A stretch of DNA of 64,000 bases from an uncultured virus (IMG/VR IMGVR_UViG_3300025865_000001) (lineage: Duplodnaviria > Heunggongvirae > Uroviricota > Caudoviricetes), in the IMG/VR virus record IMGVR_UViG_3300025865_000001; one strand, given 5' to 3'. Made by a program: the position numbers and the translations under genes. Numbering within the stretch: position 1 is the stretch's first letter; each line of letters starts with the position of its first letter. The notes below the pieces were generated by a model. That model did no database searches, was not told the origin of the DNA, and saw nothing but the letters and a program-made list of their open reading frames with translations. Below are positions 37,310 to 47,347 of the stretch, one piece after another.

Positions 37310-38625
37310 GCAAAAAATTAAGTTTTGTAGCAACTGATGTACGTATTTCGCAAGAACGTAATGACGCCCAATTTGCTACTCTTTATGTCGATGCTTTTGC
37401 GTCAGGGCATAATAGAAATGATATTTATATTAGCGACGAAACACTTCAAAGAACTGCTTGGACTCTATTAGACAAGCCATTACTATGGGCTTATGATAAA
37501 CGAAGCAATGATGCGGGGTCACATGACAAAGCAGAAATTCCTTGCGGTTTTATACCTTCTAGTAATAACCTTACGTTTACCCGAACAGAAGATGGAAGAA
37601 CAATGCTAAGTGTCGTCGCAAAAGTATGGAAACATTATTCTGGTCTCCTTGTAGATTTCTTCAAACGAGACAATAGCCAAAAACCAGTATCTGTTGAAAT
37701 CGAAGTTTTGGATTCCAATTTGTTAGATGATGGGGTTTTGGAAATTACCGACTTTGCATATTCGGGAATTACTATTTTGGGTACAAAGATTATGCCAGCT
37801 ATTCCAGGAGCAAAAGCTCTTGTTTTAAATTTTGAACAAGCCACTTCTGAATATAACAAGGCTTATGAAATGGAAACCTCAAAAGTGCAAGGCGAGGGTA
37901 TAAAGGAATTTGTAGAAGAAGGTGACATTATTGTGGACATTGAACAGGTAGTACAAGAACAAGAACTTATCAATAAAGATGAACAGAAAACACCACCCAT
38001 TGAAGAGAAACCAATTGAAGTTATAGAACCAGAAGCGGAATTGAAAGAACCTATAGTAACCGTGGATGAACCAAAGGTGGAACTGGTAGAACCTATAGTA
38101 ATTGTAGAAGAACCAGAACCAGAGGCTATAGCGGATGTTAAATCAGATTTACTTATAGAACCACAATTACCATTTGTTGAAATTCGGGAATATTTTGATG
38201 GTGACACTGAATTTTCTGAAGTTATTGATTCTGGCGATAATGATAAGATTATAGGTTATCTTTTCAAAAAGTTAAAAGAAAAAGATACTGTTCTTGAAGA
38301 AACAAAATCTGAATTTGAACAAGTTAGTAAAGAAGCAATTAATCTTAATGAGTTTAAAGCTAAATTTGACGCTGATAAACTAGGGGATGAGATTAAAACG
38401 ACTCTTGGCTCTATTAAGGATGGCGTTTCGCAAGACGTTATTGATAAGTTGCTCGAATCATCTAAGGCTTATACCTTAGAGGATATCGAATTATGGAAAA
38501 ACGAAGCTATGGCAACTGCTTTTAGGGCTTCGTTGGTTAATAAACCACAAGTAAAGACCGACATTTCTGCTTCTCTCGTAGACACGCCAAAAGAGAAGAA
38601 GAGTGGCGACAAAATGCTTTGGTAA
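37306..38625 (+). CDS. Prohead protease/scaffold
   Basis: GHNRN, HD, SVEIEV, GITILG..PAIPGA followed by an acidic coiled region. Confidence 0.7.
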   Translation: MSKKLSFVATDVRISQERNDAQFATLYVDAFASGHNRNDIYISDETLQRTAWTLLDKPLLWAYDKRSNDAGSHDKAEIPCGFIPSSNNLTFTRTEDGRTMLSVVAKVWKHYSGLLVDFFKRDNSQKPVSVEIEVLDSNLLDDGVLEITDFAYSGITILGTKIMPAIPGAKALVLNFEQATSEYNKAYEMETSKVQGEGIKEFVEEGDIIVDIEQVVQEQELINKDEQKTPPIEEKPIEVIEPEAELKEPIVTVDEPKVELVEPIVIVEEPEPEAIADVKSDLLIEPQLPFVEIREYFDGDTEFSEVIDSGDNDKIIGYLFKKLKEKDTVLEETKSEFEQVSKEAINLNEFKAKFDADKLGDEIKTTLGSIKDGVSQDVIDKLLESSKAYTLEDIELWKNEAMATAFRASLVNKPQVKTDISASLVDTPKEKKSGDKMLW

Positions 38626-38658
38626 TTTTTATTCATTAATTATTTGGAGGTATTAAAT

Positions 38659-39195
38659 ATGGCACATGGATTTGTTGTACAGAGCAGAATGGCTGCTCTT
38701 AATATTGATTCTTTTAATCGCAACGCGATTAACAAGACCGTGGATTTGGATAATGGTTGGGTTGTGCGTCTCGACACACAGGCTGATGCTTATGCTAGCG
38801 GTCTTTATAATGAGGTTTGGACTGCTACTCAACCCGCTACTGGCACGTTGGGCGCACTCTGGCAAGTTCGTTCTCCAGAAGCTGTTTTAGTCAATGGTTT
38901 ATGGGACGGCGACCCTCGTGAGTTCTATAATCCAATGGACAAGGTTTTTGATGTAACTTATTTGCAACCTAAAGATGTTTTTGTTATGACTGCCGATGCG
39001 TTGGCTGGTACAATGGGTACTAATAAATGGATTATTGCTGTCAATGGCGCTTGGAAACTTACTTGGGCTGCGGCTCCTGTTGCAACTGCTTTTGGTGCTC
39101 GTCTTTTACAAGCAACCACCATTCCAGGTAGTGTAGGCGGAATTGTCGCATATAAGTTCGAAGTTGTCTACAATCCCGAAGACGCGATTGCATAA
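38659..39195 (+). CDS. Capsid decoration / head protein
   Basis: Between scaffold and major capsid gene; GGAGG RBS. Confidence 0.55.
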   Translation: MAHGFVVQSRMAALNIDSFNRNAINKTVDLDNGWVVRLDTQADAYASGLYNEVWTATQPATGTLGALWQVRSPEAVLVNGLWDGDPREFYNPMDKVFDVTYLQPKDVFVMTADALAGTMGTNKWIIAVNGAWKLTWAAAPVATAFGARLLQATTIPGSVGGIVAYKFEVVYNPEDAIA

Positions 39196-39209
39196 AGGAG
39201 AATAGACAT

Positions 39210-40301
39210 ATGAAACTACAGAATCACATTATTTCGTTTGCTGCAAATGACGAGCATACTCTTGCTCTGATTAATTCATTTAAGGATTATTACAATTCTT
39301 ATCTCAAAGAAAATGGCGTTGAAATTGACGTGAAAGATACCGTTAGTTTTGCTGAAAAAGAGCAAAAAATTAACGAAGCTATCCACGAAGAAATTGTCAA
39401 GCGCTCAAATCTGCCAGAAGGTACTTCCGTTGTCGATAAGGCTTCGAATCCTCTTGTGCAGTGGGCTACTTTTGCCATTATCACCAATCTAGTTGATTCA
39501 GTTATCCCAGAATCACTTTCTCGGTATATCGGTCTTTGGGCTGATGTACAGTATGGTGGATATGGGGACATCTTTGAATTCCGAAGAGGATTTGCTGGTG
39601 TACTAAAGGTTACTAAGGCTGGACGCGCACAGCGCCTATCCGAACTGCAACGCATCGTGAAACAGGGCGTCATTGTACGTCCAGAAAACCACATGCTCAC
39701 AATGGAAACCGACCTGTATCGTTTGATGCTTGGTTTGGATTCTGTTGCAGAAATGACTGCTATTGTGACTCGTTCTATGGCAGAAGCAATCGCTACTGAA
39801 GCTTTTTCATCTTTGGCAAATGCCGTTAGTGCGCTTCCTACAGATGCCACTTTGGGCTTAGTTGTGACTGGTTATACTCAAAAAGCTTTAATGAAGTTGA
39901 TTGGTAAAGTACAGGCTTATAACGGCGGCATGACTCCTTGGATTGTTGGCACTGCTGCCGCTCTCTCGGAAATTGTTCCTGTTGCTGCTTATGCTTCGAT
40001 TCCCGTGGATTCTCGATATTTTGCGCTTGGACACGTTACACAAGCGCTGGGTTCACCGGTGTTTGTGCTACCACAACTTGTTGGAAGCGAACTCTATACT
40101 ACGGCGCTTTCAGATTCTATTCTATACATTATGCCAGTATCTGGTAAACCTATTAAGGTTGCCGTTGGCGGCGAAATGCAATACGAAAGTGGCGCACAAG
40201 CTAATGCTAATCTTAAGAAAACTGTTACTATGCAAAAAGACTTTGGTGTTGCGGCAGTTACCGGTATGATATTTGGTGTTATGAATCTTACTGGTGTCTA
40301 A
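39210..40301 (+). CDS. Major capsid protein
   Basis: 363 aa, synteny, strong RBS, hairpin after stop. Confidence 0.75.
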   Translation: MKLQNHIISFAANDEHTLALINSFKDYYNSYLKENGVEIDVKDTVSFAEKEQKINEAIHEEIVKRSNLPEGTSVVDKASNPLVQWATFAIITNLVDSVIPESLSRYIGLWADVQYGGYGDIFEFRRGFAGVLKVTKAGRAQRLSELQRIVKQGVIVRPENHMLTMETDLYRLMLGLDSVAEMTAIVTRSMAEAIATEAFSSLANAVSALPTDATLGLVVTGYTQKALMKLIGKVQAYNGGMTPWIVGTAAALSEIVPVAAYASIPVDSRYFALGHVTQALGSPVFVLPQLVGSELYTTALSDSILYIMPVSGKPIKVAVGGEMQYESGAQANANLKKTVTMQKDFGVAAVTGMIFGVMNLTGV

Positions 40302-40310
40302 ACAACTATT

Positions 40311-40345
40311 TTCTGTGGGTTGGGGGTAAACCTCAGCCCACAGAA
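40311..40345 (+). terminator. Hairpin after capsid gene
   Basis: TTCTGTGGGTTG..CAGCCCACAGAA. Confidence 0.6.
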
Positions 40346-40378
40346 AGCATTATAAATAAGAGGAAAAAATAAAAAAAA

Positions 40379-41080
40379 ATGGCTACACAAACTAAACGGA
40401 AATCTCCTGTATCGGTGGTTGCAAAACCAACAGTCATTAAGCCAGCACCTAAGAAAGTGCTAACTCCTGATGTTGTTAAAGAACCAGAAGATGTCAAAGT
40501 AACTATTTCTGCTAATGAATACCAAAAACTCATATCTACTATGGCGACATTTATTGAAGGTCGTTCTAAAGAAGATGCAGATGGGGCAAGTGGCAAAATT
40601 AAGCAAGATGAATCTATTGAAGTAATTAGTCTTTCACCAATGGAGGTCAATGCCGTTGTTGGCGGAGACCGAATAGGTAGGGTTTATACTTTTCGTGGAT
40701 TCGGTACTTCGATGGTGATTCCCTACGGTGACCTCGTGAATCTCGTTCAAAATCAATTTCGTTTATTCGAACAAGGATACTTATATGTGAACGATGCTCG
40801 TTTTACTAAAATTCATGGATTAGAATCATTCATGAAGAATATCTTAACTAAAGACCAAATTGAAGCTGTTGTTTACGGTGATTTTCCAGAATATGCAGAC
40901 CTTTTTGAAAAGGCAACATCAGTACAGCGTGAGGCAATGTCTACCATGCTTATTGGTGAGCTTAATAAGGGTAGCAATATTGACTATAATAAAGTTAAAA
41001 GAATCTCTGACTTTGTTGGCTATGATTTAGGTGAACGTGCGCAACAGTCAAAAGATATGTTTGCAGAAATCAAAGAATAA
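40379..41080 (+). CDS. Virion morphogenesis protein (unknown role)
   Basis: Synteny after the capsid gene. Confidence 0.6.
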   Translation: MATQTKRKSPVSVVAKPTVIKPAPKKVLTPDVVKEPEDVKVTISANEYQKLISTMATFIEGRSKEDADGASGKIKQDESIEVISLSPMEVNAVVGGDRIGRVYTFRGFGTSMVIPYGDLVNLVQNQFRLFEQGYLYVNDARFTKIHGLESFMKNILTKDQIEAVVYGDFPEYADLFEKATSVQREAMSTMLIGELNKGSNIDYNKVKRISDFVGYDLGERAQQSKDMFAEIKE

Positions 41081-41107
41081 TAATGCTCAATTGAACAAGG
41101 AGGTCTG

Positions 41108-41560
41108 ATGACAAACATTTCTGAAATTGTTGACTTGTTCATGATGTTACAGACAGATTATAGACTAAAAAAGATTTTCGCAATGGGTGAAGCAGAATTA
41201 AACCTCTACCTAGAGCCTTGGGCTTTAATGTCGATGGTAATTCTAAATAACGTCAAGACCGAATCTTTAGTTTATGATACTGCAACACAGAATTTTAGTA
41301 CAACCCTTTCAGTCGAAGATAAAGTACTCCTTGCCCAATTAATGCTTCGCTACTGGCTCGAAAAAGAAGTTAATGACGTGCTGGCTTTTACTAATGTTTT
41401 ACATGACCATGATTTTACACAATTTAGCCAAGCTCAAAATTTAGATGCTCGAAGAACCTTATTGGGCATGAAAATAGAAGAGACGGATAAATTGCTTAAA
41501 CAGTATAGTTATTCTCATAATAACTGGACTGCATGGGCTGGCCAAAGTTTTGGGGGCTAA
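41108..41560 (+). CDS. Putative head-tail adaptor
   Basis: DF..FSQAQNL motif; synteny. Confidence 0.55.
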   Translation: MTNISEIVDLFMMLQTDYRLKKIFAMGEAELNLYLEPWALMSMVILNNVKTESLVYDTATQNFSTTLSVEDKVLLAQLMLRYWLEKEVNDVLAFTNVLHDHDFTQFSQAQNLDARRTLLGMKIEETDKLLKQYSYSHNNWTAWAGQSFGG

Positions 41561-41561
41561 C

Positions 41562-42842
41562 ATGCCATTTAAATACTTTATTCTAGATGACCATTTAGAC
41601 ACAACTAATGGTGAAATTCTACGTGAACAATTTCAAACCATTGTTGATGAGCAGTTTTTCAATGCGCCTGATATATTTACTATTGGTGAGCAAACAGAAA
41701 TTAGTTCAGACAATTATGAGGATATTCAGGTAAGAATTAACCGTGGTATTAGTGTTTATACAGGGCGAAATATGGGAGATGATTGGCGTTTGTTGATTTT
41801 TGATAATCCCAACCATTCAATCATTCTTGGAAGAAAATTTTTCTTCGATAATAATTATTGGTTAACATTTAATACAGATACTTATAGTCATACAGCAGTT
41901 TCATGTATGATTAAACGGTGTAATAACGTTTTGCGATGGCTTGATTTAAATGGTGTATTGCATACAGAGCCATGTATATTCGATACTCTTATTGCTCGTG
42001 CTAGCAATCAGATGAGCGCAGATGATTTGGTTAATGTTCAAGGCTATATTAACGTATATGCTCAACTAAATAATCAAACAAAATACATTAAAGAAAATCA
42101 ACGTTTCTTGGTTGGAAATGCAGAAAATAGGGTTGCCTATAAAATCTTTGGTAACGGTGTCAGAAACTTTATTAATGATATTACTTATGATGATAATTCC
42201 GCTGCGATGGTTATGTATACGCTCGGTGGGAGTAATGTAAATCATAGTACTGACGATATAGTTAATGGCATTGCTAATGCGTTTCAACTTGCATTTAGGC
42301 TTTCTGGACTGCCCGAATTGGTATCTGGAAAATCAAATACAACTTTCCAGTTACAACCGCAGTTATATAGAGAGCAAACTCCCATTGAAGGAAGAACATT
42401 TTTATATGTATCTTCTAATCCATTGGTAGCAAGTGTTGATGCTAACGGATTGGTTCAATTGTTAACGCCTGGCGTTTCCGATATAACGGTAATGTTTAGC
42501 GAAAATCATGATATTGAACAAATAATTCCATTAGAAGTATCGGATATTTCAAATGTGGCTACAATTATGATTACCCCAGAGCCAGGATATATTTTAGAAG
42601 GACAGATGCAAACCTATGATTGCCAACTATATATTAGTGGCATTTTAACATCTACGGATTTTGATTTTATCTTATCTGAAAATAACGCTGCGCCGGTTGG
42701 TAGTTTTACCATAGTCAATGTAGATAGCAATACTTTTACTGTTACTAATAATAAACATAGTGCTTATGATGACTTAAAAATCAATTGTATTAGTGGGTCA
42801 TATACTCGTGAGATTACTATCAGCTTGAGAGGTTGGTTCTAA
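41562..42842 (+). CDS. Putative head-closure protein with Ig-like domain
   Basis: CNNVLRW; SSNPLVASVDANGLV Big_2 pattern. Confidence 0.6.
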   Translation: MPFKYFILDDHLDTTNGEILREQFQTIVDEQFFNAPDIFTIGEQTEISSDNYEDIQVRINRGISVYTGRNMGDDWRLLIFDNPNHSIILGRKFFFDNNYWLTFNTDTYSHTAVSCMIKRCNNVLRWLDLNGVLHTEPCIFDTLIARASNQMSADDLVNVQGYINVYAQLNNQTKYIKENQRFLVGNAENRVAYKIFGNGVRNFINDITYDDNSAAMVMYTLGGSNVNHSTDDIVNGIANAFQLAFRLSGLPELVSGKSNTTFQLQPQLYREQTPIEGRTFLYVSSNPLVASVDANGLVQLLTPGVSDITVMFSENHDIEQIIPLEVSDISNVATIMITPEPGYILEGQMQTYDCQLYISGILTSTDFDFILSENNAAPVGSFTIVNVDSNTFTVTNNKHSAYDDLKINCISGSYTREITISLRGWF

Positions 42843-43399
42843 TGATTAAGAATCAAAAAGAAAGTTATAACCAATTTACTAATCTTCCAATCCTATCATA
42901 TAATTGTATTGCATATTTGATGCAAAATGACGATATTGTATGGAGATTGTTAAGTAATTCGAATGCGGATTGTCTTGATGAAAACAAGTACCCAAATTTA
43001 ACTCAACCACAAAAAGCCAATCTGGTTTATACTGGTGGAGATAATATAACAGATTATCGGGTCTTTTTAGATATTGGCATGGACGATGCCTGGAAAGAAG
43101 AGGCTTCTGTATTAAGAGTTAGCCCCGCTATTGTGACACCGGATACATACGTCTATGGAAAAGTTCATATGCTTTTTGAAGTCTATACGCATTTTAAGAT
43201 TAATCATTTGTCTAATAATGCTGCTAGGACAACAAGCATTATTCAAAGATTAATTTCTGTTTACAATGGTGCTGAAATACCAGGGCTTGGTAGGCTATTT
43301 TTTGATAAAAGAGCATCCCCATTATGTAAGGTAGTTGCTACTGGACGCATACCGTTTAAAGGCATGGGGCTTATGATGTGTAATTTCTTATTGGGATAG
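42842..43399 (+). CDS. Putative tail terminator/neck protein
   Basis: Synteny only. Confidence 0.5.
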   Translation: MIKNQKESYNQFTNLPILSYNCIAYLMQNDDIVWRLLSNSNADCLDENKYPNLTQPQKANLVYTGGDNITDYRVFLDIGMDDAWKEEASVLRVSPAIVTPDTYVYGKVHMLFEVYTHFKINHLSNNAARTTSIIQRLISVYNGAEIPGLGRLFFDKRASPLCKVVATGRIPFKGMGLMMCNFLLG

Positions 43400-43404
43400 C
43401 AACA

Positions 43405-44193
43405 ATGATATCAGAGAGTGTAAAGACTTTTTATGATAGCGAGAAAGATATTTGGGGAGAACCACAATCTTATAAGGGTATTAAGTTTTATCCCATTAAG
43501 GTCTATGAAACAGAAATAAAAAGACTGTTTTATCGCATTTTATGTACTCCTAAAAAACATTTGCAAGCAGTTGAATTTATAAAGATGAGTTATCTCAAAT
43601 TTATTCTTTTTGCTGGTACAACGGTGTTTAAGGCAGATAACAAAGATTTTGAAAAGGACTTTACTAATTTCTTTTCTTATATTACTAAGTGTCCAGATGT
43701 TTTTATTGAAAACAATGGAGTGAAACTTTTTTTAAGATTCGGTGACATAAGACTAACCGAAAGCGATTTTGACAATGTGCGAGAAATGATTATGATTCAA
43801 AACGGATTGTCTTTACGCTATGTAGAGGATTATGACCCTAGCTTAGAAGAAAAGCTAATGCAAATGATTAAGATGAATGGCGAAACCACTATGGAAGACC
43901 AAATATTTGTATTTGCATCATTGCTAAAAAAAACACTTCCAGAAATAAGGGATTATACGATGTTTCAGTTTAAACATCATTTATCTCGCCTAGATGCCCT
44001 TCAAGAATATAGTATGTATCGACCCCTGGAAGCTAGTGGGCAAATTAAATTGGATAATGGGGCTAAAATTCAAGGATATCATTCTCTCCCATTGCGCGAG
44101 GGTAGATATGACAGCATCCTAATCAGTAAGGATGCGTTTATAAAAAAGGCTGGCTTTTTGAAGGATTCTTCCGTACAACAAATGCACCAGTAA
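43405..44193 (+). CDS. Tail-module hypothetical protein
   Basis: 262 aa, synteny. Confidence 0.55.
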   Translation: MISESVKTFYDSEKDIWGEPQSYKGIKFYPIKVYETEIKRLFYRILCTPKKHLQAVEFIKMSYLKFILFAGTTVFKADNKDFEKDFTNFFSYITKCPDVFIENNGVKLFLRFGDIRLTESDFDNVREMIMIQNGLSLRYVEDYDPSLEEKLMQMIKMNGETTMEDQIFVFASLLKKTLPEIRDYTMFQFKHHLSRLDALQEYSMYRPLEASGQIKLDNGAKIQGYHSLPLREGRYDSILISKDAFIKKAGFLKDSSVQQMHQ

Positions 44194-44214
44194 AAATTTC
44201 AAAGGAGTTATTCT

Positions 44215-45249
44215 ATGAATACATTCATTGTTTCTGTTGGCGAAGTAATCCTTCGCAACATTGCAACTAAAGAAATCATTGCCATTGGTACTTCCGTGGT
44301 TGATTCTTCATTTGCGTTAACCTCTACTAAGACTGACGTTCGGGCTGGTAAAGGTAATAGTATTATTTTCTCATACGTTTCTGAACGTGCATTTAATGTA
44401 ACTATCAATCAGGCATCGTTTAATAAGGAAATTCTGGCACTTAATGCTGGTGGTCTTATTGAATCTGGTACGATTGAATATGTCCAAACCGATTGTATTG
44501 AACTTGATGTCGCTGGTACTGGTACTTTGACTAAGACCCCCACCGGTGACGTTGCAGTTATTTTGCCTAATAACATTAAGATATCCGTCGTCCCTGTTGG
44601 TGATGTGATTACTGTTCCTGATGGCGAAAGTAAGACGATTTATGCCGCATATACCACGTCTGCTGTTGGTGAAAGCCTTCTGATTTCTGATAATACTCCT
44701 CCTTCTACTGTAGATATGATTTATACTACGGAAGTACGGGATGAAACCAATGTTATCGTTGAAACCATGCAGATTCATGTTCCTAAACTTGCTCTTTCTG
44801 GCAACTATACTTTGACATTCAATGCTAATGGCATTGCAAACGAAGCAATTGAAGGTACTGCACTGTCTAGTAAAGAGGGTGGTTGTGGTCTTGGTGGCGG
44901 GTACTATGCCCGTGTTGCTTGGATTGCTGCTAGTGGTGCCTCTATTACGCCATACGGTTTGATTGCTGCAACTCCATCTGATTGGGAATTCTCTATTGCT
45001 CAAGGTTTGCCGTTAACAAAGCAAATTGAAGTGTTGGGCATTCCGAACGATGGTATTCGTGCCAATGCAAATGTTACGGCTGGTTGTACTTTTGCTATTG
45101 AAGTTGGCGGCGACGCGGATATTACCGTTAGTGCTGGCGGACTGGTAACTTGTGCTGCAACAGCTACGGCTGGTAATACAGCTACCGTTCTTGTAACGCA
45201 TACTGCTTCTACTTTAACTGACCGCTGCTTGTTCACCGTAGTGGCATAA
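44215..45249 (+). CDS. Major tail tube protein with C-terminal Ig-like domain
   Basis: DVRAGKGN motif, beta-rich, synteny. Confidence 0.7.
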   Translation: MNTFIVSVGEVILRNIATKEIIAIGTSVVDSSFALTSTKTDVRAGKGNSIIFSYVSERAFNVTINQASFNKEILALNAGGLIESGTIEYVQTDCIELDVAGTGTLTKTPTGDVAVILPNNIKISVVPVGDVITVPDGESKTIYAAYTTSAVGESLLISDNTPPSTVDMIYTTEVRDETNVIVETMQIHVPKLALSGNYTLTFNANGIANEAIEGTALSSKEGGCGLGGGYYARVAWIAASGASITPYGLIAATPSDWEFSIAQGLPLTKQIEVLGIPNDGIRANANVTAGCTFAIEVGGDADITVSAGGLVTCAATATAGNTATVLVTHTASTLTDRCLFTVVA

Positions 45250-45491
45250 TGCTTTGTCAAAATGGCAAACAACAAATTGCACCCAATGGGAGCGCCTTAT
45301 TTGTTTGTCAGAAGGGCGTATACATTGGTAAGCATTGCCCATTTGTAAAAGTATGTACTAAAATAATGGGTTATAAAATGGTTGACAAGATTTTTTGTAA
45401 TGATTTTATACCAAAATAATCTTTAAAAATAATCAATATGAATAGTGCGTAGCGATACGCACTATTTAACTTAATAGGATAAAAGGTAAAA

Positions 45492-46145
45492 ATGGATAAA
45501 GTTCAGTTATCTTTCAAAGAAGATGAACTTAATATGGTTGCTATCACTTATAAAGATAAGCAAGTTCTCATACAAAAGTATATGCCAGTAGGTATTCAGG
45601 CTATACTAATACACGATTATTGTGAACTCGGTAGCGATTCCACAATATTAACTGATAGTCGTATGATTAGAGCAGAGATAGGTCTAATGCTTGGTCTGCT
45701 TGACACAATGACTAACATTGATGTTAAATCAACAGAAAGTTATTCTTTCTCATTAGATACTATTGTGTCAGATGGCACTTATCAAAAAATTTTAGACAAA
45801 ATTGAAAATTTTGATATTTTCAGAGATACGCTTGATAAGAGTATTGATTTTGTATTGAGTGAAAAATATTATAACCGTTCACAAGGTTACTATTTTGATG
45901 TTTTAGTTGCTAAGGTTTCAAATTTTATTGATAAGATTTCAGAAATCGATTTAGATAAAGAAAGCATAACAAAATTAGTTAGTACCATTGGTGACGCACA
46001 ACGTGATTTTAAGGCAAAGTGGGAAGTTGTAGAAAAAGATAAGGATGTTGAAAACATTCTATCATTGCCTCAGCCATTGCCCGAAATAAGTTTAGATAAA
46101 GTTCCTTCAAAAAGAGTTCGAAAACCAAAGGTAAAAGCAGAGTAG
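45492..46145 (+). CDS. Hypothetical protein (possible tail assembly chaperone)
   Basis: Position after the tail tube gene. Confidence 0.55.
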   Translation: MDKVQLSFKEDELNMVAITYKDKQVLIQKYMPVGIQAILIHDYCELGSDSTILTDSRMIRAEIGLMLGLLDTMTNIDVKSTESYSFSLDTIVSDGTYQKILDKIENFDIFRDTLDKSIDFVLSEKYYNRSQGYYFDVLVAKVSNFIDKISEIDLDKESITKLVSTIGDAQRDFKAKWEVVEKDKDVENILSLPQPLPEISLDKVPSKRVRKPKVKAE

Positions 46146-46147
46146 AT

Positions 46148-46336
46148 ATGAATATAAAACCTAAGCATAGCGGGCGACCATGCCCAGAATGCAACAAATA
46201 TCTTTATTGGGTAATCGAAGAAAGAGAATTTGAAGGTAAAAATAAAAAATGCAGTTTTTTGGAATGTCTTAATTGTGGATATTCAGAAGATGACAAACAT
46301 AAGAGACCAAGAAGGCACAAAGTTTTGGAGGTATAA
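46148..46336 (+). CDS. Small Zn-ribbon protein
   Basis: CPEC...CLNCG. Confidence 0.6.
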   Translation: MNIKPKHSGRPCPECNKYLYWVIEEREFEGKNKKCSFLECLNCGYSEDDKHKRPRRHKVLEV

Positions 46337-46855
46337 ATGACTATATTTATGACTCCTCAACAGCTTGAAAAAGCAATGCAAGATGACCTAGCTATACTTA
46401 CCGCACGGGTCGCTGGGCATGTTAAGGATATTGTTGTAAATAATGTTGAAAAATATATTTATGAAGCAAATGACCCTTATATGTATAAACGTAAAGGAGA
46501 AGAGGGTGGATTTCTTGGAAGTTGGGAAATGAGATTTGAAGATTATTCCGCCGCAAGTGCTATTGATGTTTTAGTTTACAGCAATCCTAGTTCTATGATT
46601 TTGGAACCACCTTCGCACGGATTTAATCGTGGTCGTAAAGGCGGTGGCGTACTTGATAGGCGACCAATCATGGCTGAGATTATTGCAGAAGGAACGAACT
46701 GGGATTTCACTTCAGACGATGAAGATCGTATTGAATGGTGGAAAGAACCAAATCCTTATTTTGATAATGCTCTTATAGAAACCGATGAAAGTATAGATGA
46801 TTTAATTCAAATTGAATTGGTCAAATTAAATGGAATGAATTGGATGAAAGGTTAA
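46337..46855 (+). CDS. Putative tail completion (HK97 gp10-like) protein
   Basis: YKRKG..GFLGSW...PNPYF pattern. Confidence 0.5.
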   Translation: MTIFMTPQQLEKAMQDDLAILTARVAGHVKDIVVNNVEKYIYEANDPYMYKRKGEEGGFLGSWEMRFEDYSAASAIDVLVYSNPSSMILEPPSHGFNRGRKGGGVLDRRPIMAEIIAEGTNWDFTSDDEDRIEWWKEPNPYFDNALIETDESIDDLIQIELVKLNGMNWMKG

Positions 46856-46862
46856 TAGGATA

Positions 46863-47270
46863 ATGGAACAACTAGATTTTATGGAGTTTTTAAAGTGGAT
46901 GGTTGGTGGCGGTGCTGCCATTGCGGCCTCCTGGCTTTTAGAACGCGCTGTTTGGTATCAATCTAAAACAGTCGAAGCCAAACGATGGATTTTCTTTGGC
47001 ATTGTTGCTGTAATTTCTGTAATTAGTCATGCTACTTTTACATACGTGCCACCTGCAATTTTACTTCAAATTGCCCCTTGGTTCGCATTAGTAGCCAGTG
47101 CTTTTGTTAGTACCTTTCTCGGTACTGCTATGCATCGAGCCAGTACATCAAAACCACAAATTGTAGCCAACCAGGTTACCGTTGTTCAAAGTGATAGTGA
47201 TGGTAAAACAGATGGTGCTGGCGGAATTTATATTCAAGAAGATGACAAAAATCTTGGTATGAAGGGCTAA
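46863..47270 (+). CDS. Holin
   Basis: Three hydrophobic segments; immediately upstream of the endolysin. Confidence 0.7.
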   Translation: MEQLDFMEFLKWMVGGGAAIAASWLLERAVWYQSKTVEAKRWIFFGIVAVISVISHATFTYVPPAILLQIAPWFALVASAFVSTFLGTAMHRASTSKPQIVANQVTVVQSDSDGKTDGAGGIYIQEDDKNLGMKG

Positions 47271-47347
47271 TTTTTACATTTTTACATTAAAGAAGAGCAA
47301 TTAAAACATTGCTCTTCTTATTTTTTACCACCACAAGGAGGCATTAA